From an uncultured Pseudomonadota bacterium (GTDB lineage: Bacteria; Oederibacteriota; Muellerivitia; Muellerivitales; Muellerivitaceae), in NCBI GenBank assembly GCA_963843375.1, contig CAWJKT010000006.1, positions 128,001-192,000 of the forward strand: a stretch of 64,000 nucleotides of DNA, given 5' to 3'. This document shows, piece by piece, positions 42,506-52,202 of the stretch. The notes beneath the pieces are model-generated. The model saw nothing but the letters and a program-made list of their open reading frames with translations. It did not search any database and was not told the DNA's origin. The position numbers and the translations under genes were made by a program. Positions within the stretch are counted from its first letter, which is position 1. Each line of letters begins with the position of its first letter.

Positions 42506-42661
42506 TTATCGTTTGGCCGCCGAGAAGCAGCGGCACGGCCCAAAACAAACTTTCAGCACTTTCAAGTTCAAATGTTTCGCCTTGCCGATCACCTTTTGGG
42601 ATTCCGGCATCAGTTTTTTCAAGCGGCTCCGGTAGTAACGGAAAGCTCTTGTGCTCTTCAT
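42506..42661 (-). CDS. Putative 51-aa basic small protein between ftsQ and ftsA
   Basis: ATGA overlap with the ftsQ stop, GAGGGG RBS, fills the gap up to the ftsA RBS. Confidence 0.4.
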   Translation of the reverse strand: MKSTRAFRYYRSRLKKLMPESQKVIGKAKHLNLKVLKVCFGPCRCFSAAKR

Positions 42662-43680
42662 TGCCCGCCCCTCGTTTTCACCAGCACCATGTCCCGGTAA
42701 CGGAAATCCATGGCGCCCGCGCGTTTTCCCTTCTCATTCAAATCACTCAACACGAGAGCCATGCGCCTGAGCACACTCTCATCGATCGGCGGATTGAAGA
42801 TGGCCTGGATACCATCGATAAATGTCACTTTGATCGAATCCGGTTCGGAAAGATTCACCTCCGAGACATCCTGGGCCATGACCGGATCCTTCTTTTGAAG
42901 GAACGAAAAGAAACTCAAAGCCGGCTCCAGGGATTCGGCCATGGAAGTGGTGCCGACCGCATCCACCTTCAAGGGTATTCCCGAAATCAATGGCAAATCC
43001 TCCTGAAGCAAAGCGGGCTCGGGGGACAGAACCCGTCCTTCCCGATCCACCCCGTAAAGGGACCCGTTATCCAAAAGGGCGATGGGCTTACGCTCCCGGA
43101 CGGAAATCAGGATCGTACGGGGCAGGCGCCTTTCCACAAAAACCCTTTCCACCCAGTCCATTTTCTGGACCTTTTGGCTCGCTTCGTTTAAATCCAACTT
43201 GAACATGCTTTCCCCCAATGGCAGCGCCACGGTTTTCACGATCTCGTCTTCCGACAGGTAACGGTTGCCTTCCACGCTTACCTTTTCCAGTTTCAACCCC
43301 GCCACATCCTGTAAAACCTCGGTCGTCTTGTTTTTCGACCAAATCAGCGCCAGAACCAAGATGACCAGGCCCCCCAATTTGAATATCCACATCGTGCTCT
43401 TCAACGAAGGCGCCTTGGCGACCCAAGACCGATACTTTTTGGAAAATCCCGGCGTATCTTCCACCGGGGTGATCCCCGGCCGGTAAAAGGCATAGGCCTT
43501 TTGTTCCTTCCGGACGACCGGCTTTTCCTTCTTTTCAAACAATTTCAGGAAAAGCGGGTTCTTACCCTCTTCCCCTCCGCCGTTTCGGTTAGACCGGAAT
43601 CGAACGCTCGACGTCACCCCCGCTGAATTAAACCGGGGAGATTTTTCACTTAATGGAACCCGTGAACCCCGGTAATACAT
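42658..43680 (-). CDS. ftsQ: Cell division protein FtsQ/DivIB with a long basic N-terminus
   Basis: TM then POTRA (VEGNRYLS...WVERVFVERRLP), C-terminal MDFRY; dcw position. Confidence 0.9.
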   Translation of the reverse strand: MYYRGSRVPLSEKSPRFNSAGVTSSVRFRSNRNGGGEEGKNPLFLKLFEKKEKPVVRKEQKAYAFYRPGITPVEDTPGFSKKYRSWVAKAPSLKSTMWIFKLGGLVILVLALIWSKNKTTEVLQDVAGLKLEKVSVEGNRYLSEDEIVKTVALPLGESMFKLDLNEASQKVQKMDWVERVFVERRLPRTILISVRERKPIALLDNGSLYGVDREGRVLSPEPALLQEDLPLISGIPLKVDAVGTTSMAESLEPALSFFSFLQKKDPVMAQDVSEVNLSEPDSIKVTFIDGIQAIFNPPIDESVLRRMALVLSDLNEKGKRAGAMDFRYRDMVLVKTRGGQ

Positions 43681-44615
43681 CAGTTTTCATTCCTCCTCTT
43701 CAAAGCCATCTTCACCAGCCTTTTCAGCAGTTGGGGGAACGAAATCCCCACCGCCCTTGCCGAATCCGGAAAAAGACTGGTCGCCGTCATTCCCGGCGCA
43801 GTGTTGACTTCCAGCACCTGGGGGCTCCCTTTTTTGGGAATGATCAGGTCCACCCGGTAATAATCTTCACAACCCATGGCCTTCCCGGCCTTCACCGACA
43901 TCCTTTTGGCTTTGGCGGCCTGCGCCGCGGGAATACGGGCCGGAATGATGTGTTCCGATTGGCCGGGCGTATACCTTGTTTTAAAGTTGTAAAAATCAGC
44001 CTTTGGCACTATCTCCACGACTGGCAATGCCTTGCCTTCCAGGACCGCCACCGTGGCTTCCATTCCCGGGATAAATTTTTCCACCATCGCCCATTGGCTG
44101 TATTTGAAGGCCAATTGAATGGCGCCCGTCAATTGGCTTTTTTCCCTAACGATCGTCACTCCGATAGCGGATCCCGCGTCAGCCGGTTTCACGACCAAGG
44201 GAATTTTGATTTTGATTTCCTTCAACCATTGGGACCTGGGGGTGCTTTTGTGCAAGGCCTGCCAGGGCGCGGTCGGTATTTTTTTCCCTTCAAAAACCAG
44301 CTTGGAACATCCCTTGTGCATCGCCAGTCCGGATGCCAAAGCCCCCGATCCCGTATAGGGAATCCCCCATTTATCCAGCAGAGCCTGAAGCGTCCCGTCT
44401 TCGCCAAAGCCTCCGTGCAAGGCGATAAAAAGCGCGTCAAACTTCCCGCTTTTAAGCCGCTTCTCTAAGCGCTTTTCATTCTTATCAGCGGCGGTCAACA
44501 CCACCGGCAGGGATTTAACTCCGGCTTTTTGAAGGCCTTCCACCACCATTCTTCCTGACATCATTGAGACATTTTTTTCGGGGCTCCACCCGCCCATCAA
44601 CACGCCGACTTTCAT
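43680..44615 (-). CDS. ddl: D-Ala-D-Ala ligase
   Basis: LHGGFGEDG.LQ, PYTGSG, VVKP, LEVNTAPGMT..SL. Confidence 0.95.
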   Translation of the reverse strand: MKVGVLMGGWSPEKNVSMMSGRMVVEGLQKAGVKSLPVVLTAADKNEKRLEKRLKSGKFDALFIALHGGFGEDGTLQALLDKWGIPYTGSGALASGLAMHKGCSKLVFEGKKIPTAPWQALHKSTPRSQWLKEIKIKIPLVVKPADAGSAIGVTIVREKSQLTGAIQLAFKYSQWAMVEKFIPGMEATVAVLEGKALPVVEIVPKADFYNFKTRYTPGQSEHIIPARIPAAQAAKAKRMSVKAGKAMGCEDYYRVDLIIPKKGSPQVLEVNTAPGMTATSLFPDSARAVGISFPQLLKRLVKMALKRRNEN

Positions 44616-44675
44616 CTTGTTCTCCGGTCCCTTAGATTTCCCAGCCCTGTTGTTGTAGGTATTGTTCGTCTTAAG

Positions 44676-45665
44676 TCATCGGCCATGATGAAAACTCCAC
44701 CAAACGTCCTTGATTTCATCCCAGTCCCAATCCCCCAAAGGCAGGATCTCGGGCTCCAGCTTGATCTGGTATTGATCCCAAACCCTTTTCTGAATCTCCC
44801 GCATCACGGCGACGACGTCATGGGCCGTGGCGTCCCCCTCGTTGATAATAAAATTGGCGTGTATCTCGCTCACCCGGGCTCCGCCCTTTTTGAAACCTTT
44901 CAGCCCCACCGATTCCGTCAGCCTTCCGGCGAAGTTTCCTTCCGGATTCTTGAAAACGCTGCCCGCGTTTTTCTCTACCCGGGGCTGTTTGCCCCGGCGA
45001 ACCTTGAAATATTCCTTCACCTTTTTCTCGATCGCGTCCTTGGGCTCTTTTTTAAGCTTTAACACCGCCTCCACCAGCACATTGCCGCTCAACTTCAAAT
45101 TCGATTGGCGGTATCCATAGCTGTAATCCGCCCTGTTCAAATGCTTCACTTCCCCATGGGGCGTCACAATGGTAAGTTCCTCCACGGTGGGCCCGATCCA
45201 GGCCTTCTTCGCCCCCGCGTTGCCAACGACCGCCCCGCCCAGGGTGCCGGGAATACCCGCGAAAAATTCAACTCCCCCCAGCCCCGCTTCCCGGGTCTTG
45301 GCCAAAACCGTCACCAGTTTGGTGGCGGCCTTCACCCGCACCCGGTTCCCTTCGATATAAATTCCTTGAAAACCCCGGCCCAGACGGATGACCGCGCCCT
45401 CAAATCCCTCATCGGCGAAAAGAACGTTGCTGCCGCCCCCCAGCATGAGATAGGGGACTTCCGCGTGGGTCATGCATCTCAAAAGCTCGCCCAAATCCTC
45501 ATTCGATTGGGGTTCCACAAAAACCGCGGCCTTGCCGCCCAAGTGGTAGGTGGTATAGGGAGCAATGGAATGGTTCAGTTCCACCTTTCCCTTGATGAGG
45601 GTTTTAAGTTCTCTGAAATCCACTTCTTGCCTTTCCTGCCGCCGCACGGCGTATCCCACAATCAC
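44676..45665 (-). CDS. murB: UDP-N-acetylmuramate dehydrogenase
   Basis: LGGGSNVL, GIPGTLGGA..NAGA, AGSVFKNP, HANFIIN. Confidence 0.95.
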   Translation of the reverse strand: MIVGYAVRRQERQEVDFRELKTLIKGKVELNHSIAPYTTYHLGGKAAVFVEPQSNEDLGELLRCMTHAEVPYLMLGGGSNVLFADEGFEGAVIRLGRGFQGIYIEGNRVRVKAATKLVTVLAKTREAGLGGVEFFAGIPGTLGGAVVGNAGAKKAWIGPTVEELTIVTPHGEVKHLNRADYSYGYRQSNLKLSGNVLVEAVLKLKKEPKDAIEKKVKEYFKVRRGKQPRVEKNAGSVFKNPEGNFAGRLTESVGLKGFKKGGARVSEIHANFIINEGDATAHDVVAVMREIQKRVWDQYQIKLEPEILPLGDWDWDEIKDVWWSFHHGR

Positions 45666-45668
45666 GCC

Positions 45669-47072
45669 TTATCCCTTATGCTTCTGGACGAGATCGCTTC
45701 CCACTTTCCAGATGTCCCCCGCCCCCATGGTTAAAAGCACGTGTTTGTCGGTTAAATGAGCCTTCAGGTACTCCAAAAGAACCGCTCGGTCCTCGATATA
45801 ACGCACGTTGGTTTGCCGGTTCTCCCTCAAGGCTTCCACAAGTGTCAAACCCGTCACCCCTGGAATAGGTTTCTCGCGGGAAGGATAGATGGCGGCGATT
45901 ACCACCTCATCGGCGTCGCCGAAGGATTTTCCGAATTTATCCCGTAAAAGCTGGGTGCGGGAGAAGAGATGGGGTTGAAACACAACCAGCAATTTCTTGG
46001 AACCGGCGAAGTTCTTGGCCGCCCGAAGCGTTTCGAATACCGCCGTGGGATGATGGGCGTAATCGTCCACCACCGTGGCCCCCTTATAAGAGCCCTTGAT
46101 TTCAAACCGCCTCTTTGCCCCATGGAAGCGAAACAATCCCAACGCGATTTTCTTGAAGGGAATCTTGAGTTCCAGTCCCACGGCCACCGCCGCCAGGGCG
46201 TTTTGAATGTTAAATCGGCCCGGCACGTTCAGTTTCACCGTTCCCATTTTCTTCCCCTGATAGGAGACTTCAAAAATTGATCCGGTTTTTTCAAGCCGGA
46301 CCTTCTGGGCCGAAACCTGCGCCTGTTTGGAAAATCCATAGGTCAATACCCGCCGCTTGATCTGGGGAATGATCATCCGAACCTGGGGATCGTCCGCCCC
46401 AAGAATCACGCAGCCGTAGAAAGGAACCTTATTCGCGAATTCCACGAAGGCTTCCCTTACCTTGTCGATTGAGCCGTAATAGTCCAAGTGGTCATCATCG
46501 ATATTGGTGACAACAGAAATCATGGGCGAAAGCAGGAAAAATTCGCCAAAAGCCTCGCAAGCCTCCGCCACCAGGTAATCGCCCTTGCCCAGCTTGGCGT
46601 TGGACTTGAACACATCCACCTGGCCCCCGATGACCAAAGTCGGATCCAATTTCCCTTCGGTCATGACCAAACCGATCATGGAAGTGGTGGTAGTTTTGCC
46701 GTGGGTTCCCGAAATGGCGATGCCGTATTTCAGCCGCATCAGTTCGGCCAGCATCTCGGTGCGGGGGATGACCGGGATCGAACGCCTATGGGCTTCCACA
46801 ATTTCCGGGTTGTCCATGGGAACCGCGGCGGAATAAACCGCCACGTCCGCGCCCACCACATGGGAGGCTTTGTGGCCGAAGTGGATATCCGCGCCCATTT
46901 CCGTGAGACGATCGGTCACATCGGAGGCCTTCAAATCCGACCCCGAAACCTTGTAATGCAAACTCAGCAGCACCGCCGCGATGCCGCTCATACCGGCGCC
47001 GCCGATGCCGATAAAATGCACCCGCTTCACGTTTCCGAAAGGCTGGGTTAGTTTTCTAAAGCTTGATTTCAC
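45669..47072 (-). CDS. murC: UDP-N-acetylmuramate-L-alanine ligase
   Basis: HFIGIGGAGMS, GTHGKTTTT, DDYAHHP, FQPH. Confidence 0.97.
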   Translation of the reverse strand: MKSSFRKLTQPFGNVKRVHFIGIGGAGMSGIAAVLLSLHYKVSGSDLKASDVTDRLTEMGADIHFGHKASHVVGADVAVYSAAVPMDNPEIVEAHRRSIPVIPRTEMLAELMRLKYGIAISGTHGKTTTTSMIGLVMTEGKLDPTLVIGGQVDVFKSNAKLGKGDYLVAEACEAFGEFFLLSPMISVVTNIDDDHLDYYGSIDKVREAFVEFANKVPFYGCVILGADDPQVRMIIPQIKRRVLTYGFSKQAQVSAQKVRLEKTGSIFEVSYQGKKMGTVKLNVPGRFNIQNALAAVAVGLELKIPFKKIALGLFRFHGAKRRFEIKGSYKGATVVDDYAHHPTAVFETLRAAKNFAGSKKLLVVFQPHLFSRTQLLRDKFGKSFGDADEVVIAAIYPSREKPIPGVTGLTLVEALRENRQTNVRYIEDRAVLLEYLKAHLTDKHVLLTMGAGDIWKVGSDLVQKHKG

Positions 47073-48182
47073 GCCGCTTTCCTTTTGTTCGCCATTTTTA
47101 AGAGTTCCCCCACGATGTCCGATGCCGCCTGGAGCTTGGCCAGGTTCCTGGCTTTCCCGCCCATGTCCTTGAGTTTTTCCTCATCCGAGAGCAGGGAGAT
47201 CAGGGTCTGAGCCAGCTTTTCTTCGTCCAGTTCCTTTTCGGTAATCACGACTGCCGATCCAGCCTTCTCCAGACGCTCTCGCATTCATCTCCTGATGTGC
47301 GGAAGCGTGGGGATACGGTATAAAAAGAGCCGGCAACCCCCGGCTTAGGATTTCGGCGCAGGTCATGGCTCCGGCCCTCGCCACTACCAGGTCTGCCGCC
47401 GCGTAGGCTTCGTGAATGTTGCTGATAAAGGGCCTCAAAACCACCTTCAGGGCGCACTTCTCCAGGGCGTCCACCGTCTTGCGGTAATCGTCCCATCCGG
47501 TCATCATGATGACCTGCACCATCTGGTCCCCTTCTCCCAGAAACTTGACCACTTCCGTCATGAATTGGTTCAAAGAATGCGCTCCCTGGCTTCCGCCCAG
47601 CATCAGCAGCGTGGTGGTGTCCGGATTCAACCCGAAACTCTCTCTTGATTTCACTTTCTCCGCCGTCACGATTTCGTCCCGAACTGGAATTCCCGTCCAT
47701 AGGGTTCTCCTTTTGGAAAAGTGTTTTAAAGCGTCCTCAAACCCGACGAAAATCCTCCTTGAAAACAAAGATAAAAACCTCGCGGCCAATCCCGGAACCA
47801 CATTAGGCTCGAAAAGGCCCACCGGAACCCCCCGCAAGGCCGCCGCCAGCGACACCGGCACCGAGACGTAACCGCCCGTGGAAAAAACGGCATCGGGCCG
47901 GAACCTTCCCACAATCCGGGCCGCCTGGGAAAGACTCCGGGTGAACTCAAACCAAAAAGTAAAAAGCCTCACCGACAGTCCCCGGGGGAAACTGGTGGTT
48001 TGGATTCCCTCGAACTGGAAGCCTGAGTCGGGGACCCATTTGGATTCCCGCCCTTCGCTCTTACCCACGTAAAGCAATTCGACCTCCGGATGTTTCGACA
48101 GTTCCCGCGCGATGGCGATACCGGGAAAGATATGCCCCCCCGTTCCCCCGCCGGTGATGATGATTTTCGTTTTCGAATCCAA
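47069..48182 (-). CDS. murG: MurG GlcNAc transferase, frameshift near 47278
   Basis: GGGTGGHIFP, TGGYVS, GGSQGA, RAGA, HQEMNA. Confidence 0.95.
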
Positions 48183-48220
48183 TCCCCATTCCTTCCTCGC
48201 TTTTCTTCAACCCAAAAACT

Positions 48221-49387
48221 TCAGCTAACCGCCGAAGGCTGCCAGCCGCCCGCCGATGTCAGCGGCGATGGCAATTTGATTCCCCGTGAAATGTTGAAAA
48301 GAATGCCAATCGAAGCAAGGGTGAACACCATGGAAGATCCCCCGTATGAAATGAGGGGCAATGGAATCCCCTTGGTGGGCAATAGACCGGTGACCACCCC
48401 CAGGTTGACCAGGGCTTGGAATCCGATCAAACCCGTAATTCCAGAAGCTAAAAGGGCTTGGAACAAACCGCCTTCCTTTTGGCTGATGGCTGAGGCGATT
48501 TTGAATCCCCGTAAAATGAACACGGCGAAGATAAACACCAATGTCCCCGCCCCCACCAAACCCAATTCCTCGGCGATGATGGCGAAAATAAAATCCGTAT
48601 GGGGAGCCGGAAGATAAAAAAGCTTTTGTGAGCTGTTGGAAAGTCCCACACCAAATGGACCCCCATTTCCCACCGCGATCAAACTTTGGATCAATTGAAA
48701 GCCCGCCCCTTGAGGATCGTCCCAGGGGTTGAGGAAGGCGGTAATTCGTTTCATGCGGTAGCTGGCCGATTCCACCAGGAAGATGAAGACCGGAATCAGG
48801 ATGGACAAGGGGATAAGGAAAAAAGTCAATTGCATTCCCGCCAGGAACAATAAAAGGATGGTGACAAGAGCCAGCAGGACCGCCGTGCCGAAGTCATGCT
48901 GCTTTTCCAGAAGCAGCATGCAGATACCCAAAATGGCCAGATAGGGGAACAAGCCGGAAAAATTCACCAGCGTTTGCTTGCGTCGGTCCAGCGAATCCGC
49001 CAGATAAAAAACCAGGACGATTTTCAGGGTTTCGGAAGGTTGGAAGGAAAAAGGCCCCAATCGGAACCATCTTTGGGCGCCGCCTACCGTTCGGCCAATG
49101 CCCGGGACGCAGACCAAAATCATCAGTAAAAGAGCCATAAAAAGCCCGGGAATAGCCAGGGCCCGCAAATTATCCAGGTTCACCCGGGAAGTCACCCACA
49201 TGCCGAAACAACCCACCACCACCCACAGAAGCTGGCGGACGAAAAAGTAATAGGAATTCCCATAGCGGTCATGGGCCAGGATGGCCGAGGCGCTATAAAT
49301 CATGATGAGCCCCACCGTCACCAGAATCAGGGTGAGCAGGAACATCAGGAAATCCGGCGAAGGCTGTTCTTTGGTTCTTAAACCCAT
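48221..49387 (-). CDS. ftsW: SEDS peptidoglycan polymerase FtsW
   Basis: GAQRW, FQPSE, HTDFIF, PTKGIPLPLISYGGSS. Confidence 0.96.
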   Translation of the reverse strand: MGLRTKEQPSPDFLMFLLTLILVTVGLIMIYSASAILAHDRYGNSYYFFVRQLLWVVVGCFGMWVTSRVNLDNLRALAIPGLFMALLLMILVCVPGIGRTVGGAQRWFRLGPFSFQPSETLKIVLVFYLADSLDRRKQTLVNFSGLFPYLAILGICMLLLEKQHDFGTAVLLALVTILLLFLAGMQLTFFLIPLSILIPVFIFLVESASYRMKRITAFLNPWDDPQGAGFQLIQSLIAVGNGGPFGVGLSNSSQKLFYLPAPHTDFIFAIIAEELGLVGAGTLVFIFAVFILRGFKIASAISQKEGGLFQALLASGITGLIGFQALVNLGVVTGLLPTKGIPLPLISYGGSSMVFTLASIGILFNISRGIKLPSPLTSAGGWQPSAVS

Positions 49388-49398
49388 TTGAACCCCCT

Positions 49399-49499
49399 GG
49401 TTTTCATCCCTTCGTTCGGATTCCGAACAGAGTGTTGGTAAGTGTTGAAAAGGCGTTGTTGAATGTTGCTGTCAGAATCCGAGCGCAAGAATGAAAACC
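49399..49499 (-). repeat. Long imperfect inverted repeat (about 31-bp stem) between murD and ftsW
   Basis: Arms 49399-49430 and 49469-49499; loop rich in CAACA on the minus strand. Confidence 0.85.
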
Positions 49500-49531
49500 T
49501 CCTTCCGTTGTAAAAATGAAGTAGTCGGCCT

Positions 49532-50912
49532 TTAAACATTTACTTTTCCAGCCTTCTGGTGGGCGATCTTCTGCACCACCGCCTTAAATTGCCTTCCCCG
49601 ATCCTCATAATTCTGGAACATATCGAAACTGGCGCACCCGGGAGAAAAGAGCACCACCCCGCCTTTTTCCGAGGCCACATAGGCTCCGTTCACCGTTTCC
49701 TCGAGCGTTCCGGCTTCCACCACCGTCGCGGCGGACGAGAGCTGCTGAACCACCTTCGTTTTGCACTCGCCGAAAGCCACGATTCGGGTCACTTTTTCCT
49801 TCACCAAGGGAGCCAAACGGGTGAAATCCCCCGCCTTGTCCCTTCCCCCCAGGATCAAGACGATGGGACGCTCAAAACTTTCAAGGGCTTTCAAAACCGA
49901 ATCAATATTGGTTCCCTTGGAATCATTCACGAACCGCACCCCGTTGATTTCTCCCGCCGCTTCCAGACGATGTTCCACCCCGGTGAATTCCAAGAGGGTC
50001 TTCGGCGATAGACTCATCCGAAACCCCGCAGAGGGAAGCCATCAGGGCCGCCGCGCAGGCGTTCTCCAAATTATGAGGACCCGGAATTTTCAAATCAGAA
50101 GCCGTGATCAAGGAGCGCCCCAAAAGCTCGATCTTCTCCCCGACCACAAAACAACCGGGTTTGGCAATGCCCTTGTTTCCGGGAAAACCAAAAAGATAAA
50201 GCTGGCTCTTGACCAGGCTGGAAAGAATAGGGGTGTATTTATCGGAAGCGTTCAGAATGGCGAAATCATCGCTCTTCTGGTTTTCAAAAATGCGGCCCTT
50301 GATTTCCACGTAATTCTGCATCCCTTCATGCCGGTCCAAATGATCCGGAGTCACGTTCAGGATGGAAGCTACCCGGGGCCGGAATTCCTCAATGGTTTCC
50401 AATTGGAAGCTGGAAACTTCCAAGACCGCCCAATCCTCGCTGGAAAGCTCAAAAACCGTTTCCGCGAAGGCTTTCCCGATATTTCCGCAAGCGACCGCTT
50501 TGCGGCCCCCCGCGTTGATCATGGCCGCCAGTAAGGTGGTGGTGGTGGTTTTCCCGTTGGTTCCCGTAATGGCCGCAACCGCTGCCGGACAATAGCTGAA
50601 AGCCAGTTCCATTTCCCCGATCACCGTGATTCCCTTATCCCGAGCCTCCACCAAAGCCGGGTGGTTGAAGGGAATGCCCGGCGAAGTTACCACCAAATCC
50701 GAGTTGCGAACGGTCGCGGGATCGATTCCCCCGAGCATGAGCTGGACATGTCCGAAGTCCTTGCACTTCTCAATCCATACCGAAAGCTTCTCGGGGGTCT
50801 TATCATCGAGAATCACCACATGGGCCCCATGGACGGAGAGAAGACGGGCCGCGGCGAATCCCGAGCGCCCCAGACCGATCACCGCCACTTGTTTACCGTG
50901 TACGTAATGCAT
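49532..50912 (-). CDS. murD: UDP-MurNAc-L-Ala-D-Glu ligase, frameshift near 49997
   Basis: GLGRSG, ITGTNGKTTTT, LEVSSFQL, DHLDRH, NDSKGTN, SPGCASFD. Confidence 0.95.
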
Positions 50913-50921
50913 CTTTTCCCC

Positions 50922-52010
50922 TTAACGAAGTTTCAAGGTGGACAAGGTGAGTAATGTCAAAATAATCGCCACAATCCAAAAACGGACGATGAGCTTGGAT
51001 TCCGGTACTCCGGAGAGTTCGAAATGGTGATGAAGCGGCGCCATTTTGAATATCCGCTTGCCGCTCATCTTGAAGGAAGTAACCTGGATGATGACCGAGA
51101 GGGCTTCCACGACGAAAATGCCGCCCACGATGATCAGAAGGATTTCCTGTTTCACCATTACCGCGATGGTGCCCAATAGGCCGCCCAGGGCCAGGGAACC
51201 CGTATCGCCCATAAAAATCTGGGCGGGCGGGGCGTTGAACCAAAGGAACCCGAGCCCCGCGCCTACCAAGGCCGCGCAAAGCACCGTCAATTCTCCCGCT
51301 CCCGGCACCGTGATGATTTTCAAGTATTCACTGAACTTCACGTTTCCGGCCACGTAGGTCACAACCACGAAGGCCATGGCCGCGAAGGTGGTGCATCCGA
51401 TGGCCAAACCGTCCAAGCCATCGGTGAGATTCACCGAGTTGGATGCGCTGACGATCACCAAGACCGCGAAAAATGGGTAAAGAACGTCCAGGTTCATCGG
51501 ATGCTTAAAGAAAGGAAGAGTAATGGATGTTTTCAACATGAAATCGTCGGGAAGCACCGAGAGGTAGCCGCCGACAATGATGATGGCCCCGATCGTCTGA
51601 AGGATAAGTTTCCAGGAACCGGGTATTCCCCTGCTTTTTCCGATTCCCTTGAGTTTTATCAGGTCATCCGCGAAACCGATGGCCCCGTACCAAAGCAGGG
51701 AGAAGAATGCCAGCCAGAAGAATTTGGAATCCCATCGAACCCAAAGAAGGGAGCTTAAACCCAGGGTAAAAAGCACCAAAACCCCGCCCATCGAAGGGGT
51801 TCCGGCTTTCGCGGAATGACTCGCCGGACCATCCTGGCGTATCTTCTCGCCTAATTGCAAACCCCGAATACGCTCGATCAGGCCTTTTCCAAAAAAGAGG
51901 CAAATCCCAAAGGCCGTGACGGCGGCATAAACGCTTCGGAATGTCACATAACGGAAGACATTAAAGCCGATAAAATGGGACGCCAACGGATAAAGCAAGT
52001 GATAAAGCAT
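50922..52010 (-). CDS. mraY: Phospho-MurNAc-pentapeptide transferase
   Basis: GTPSMGG, NLTDGLDGL, FMGDTGS, MAPLHHHFE. Confidence 0.98.
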   Translation of the reverse strand: MLYHLLYPLASHFIGFNVFRYVTFRSVYAAVTAFGICLFFGKGLIERIRGLQLGEKIRQDGPASHSAKAGTPSMGGVLVLFTLGLSSLLWVRWDSKFFWLAFFSLLWYGAIGFADDLIKLKGIGKSRGIPGSWKLILQTIGAIIIVGGYLSVLPDDFMLKTSITLPFFKHPMNLDVLYPFFAVLVIVSASNSVNLTDGLDGLAIGCTTFAAMAFVVVTYVAGNVKFSEYLKIITVPGAGELTVLCAALVGAGLGFLWFNAPPAQIFMGDTGSLALGGLLGTIAVMVKQEILLIIVGGIFVVEALSVIIQVTSFKMSGKRIFKMAPLHHHFELSGVPESKLIVRFWIVAIILTLLTLSTLKLR

Positions 52011-52019
52011 TTGGTTTCC

Positions 52020-52202
52020 TTAGTTATTACTCAATCTGTTAAAACGCATCGGCAGCTTTTTTTCTTCCCTCAACCCTTCGGTGATCAACGCCGGGGATGA
52101 ATCCTTTTGGGAAACTTCACTCGGACCAATCAAGTCTTTCTCCCCCGCCAAGGAGCTGTTTTTTCGCTCCAATTCGTCCAAAAATTTTTTCAATCGGATC
52201 AT
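52020..52202 (-). CDS. Putative 60-aa small protein between murF and mraY
   Basis: ATGA overlap with the murF stop; its stop merges into the mraY RBS. Confidence 0.45.
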   Translation of the reverse strand: MIRLKKFLDELERKNSSLAGEKDLIGPSEVSQKDSSPALITEGLREEKKLPMRFNRLSNN

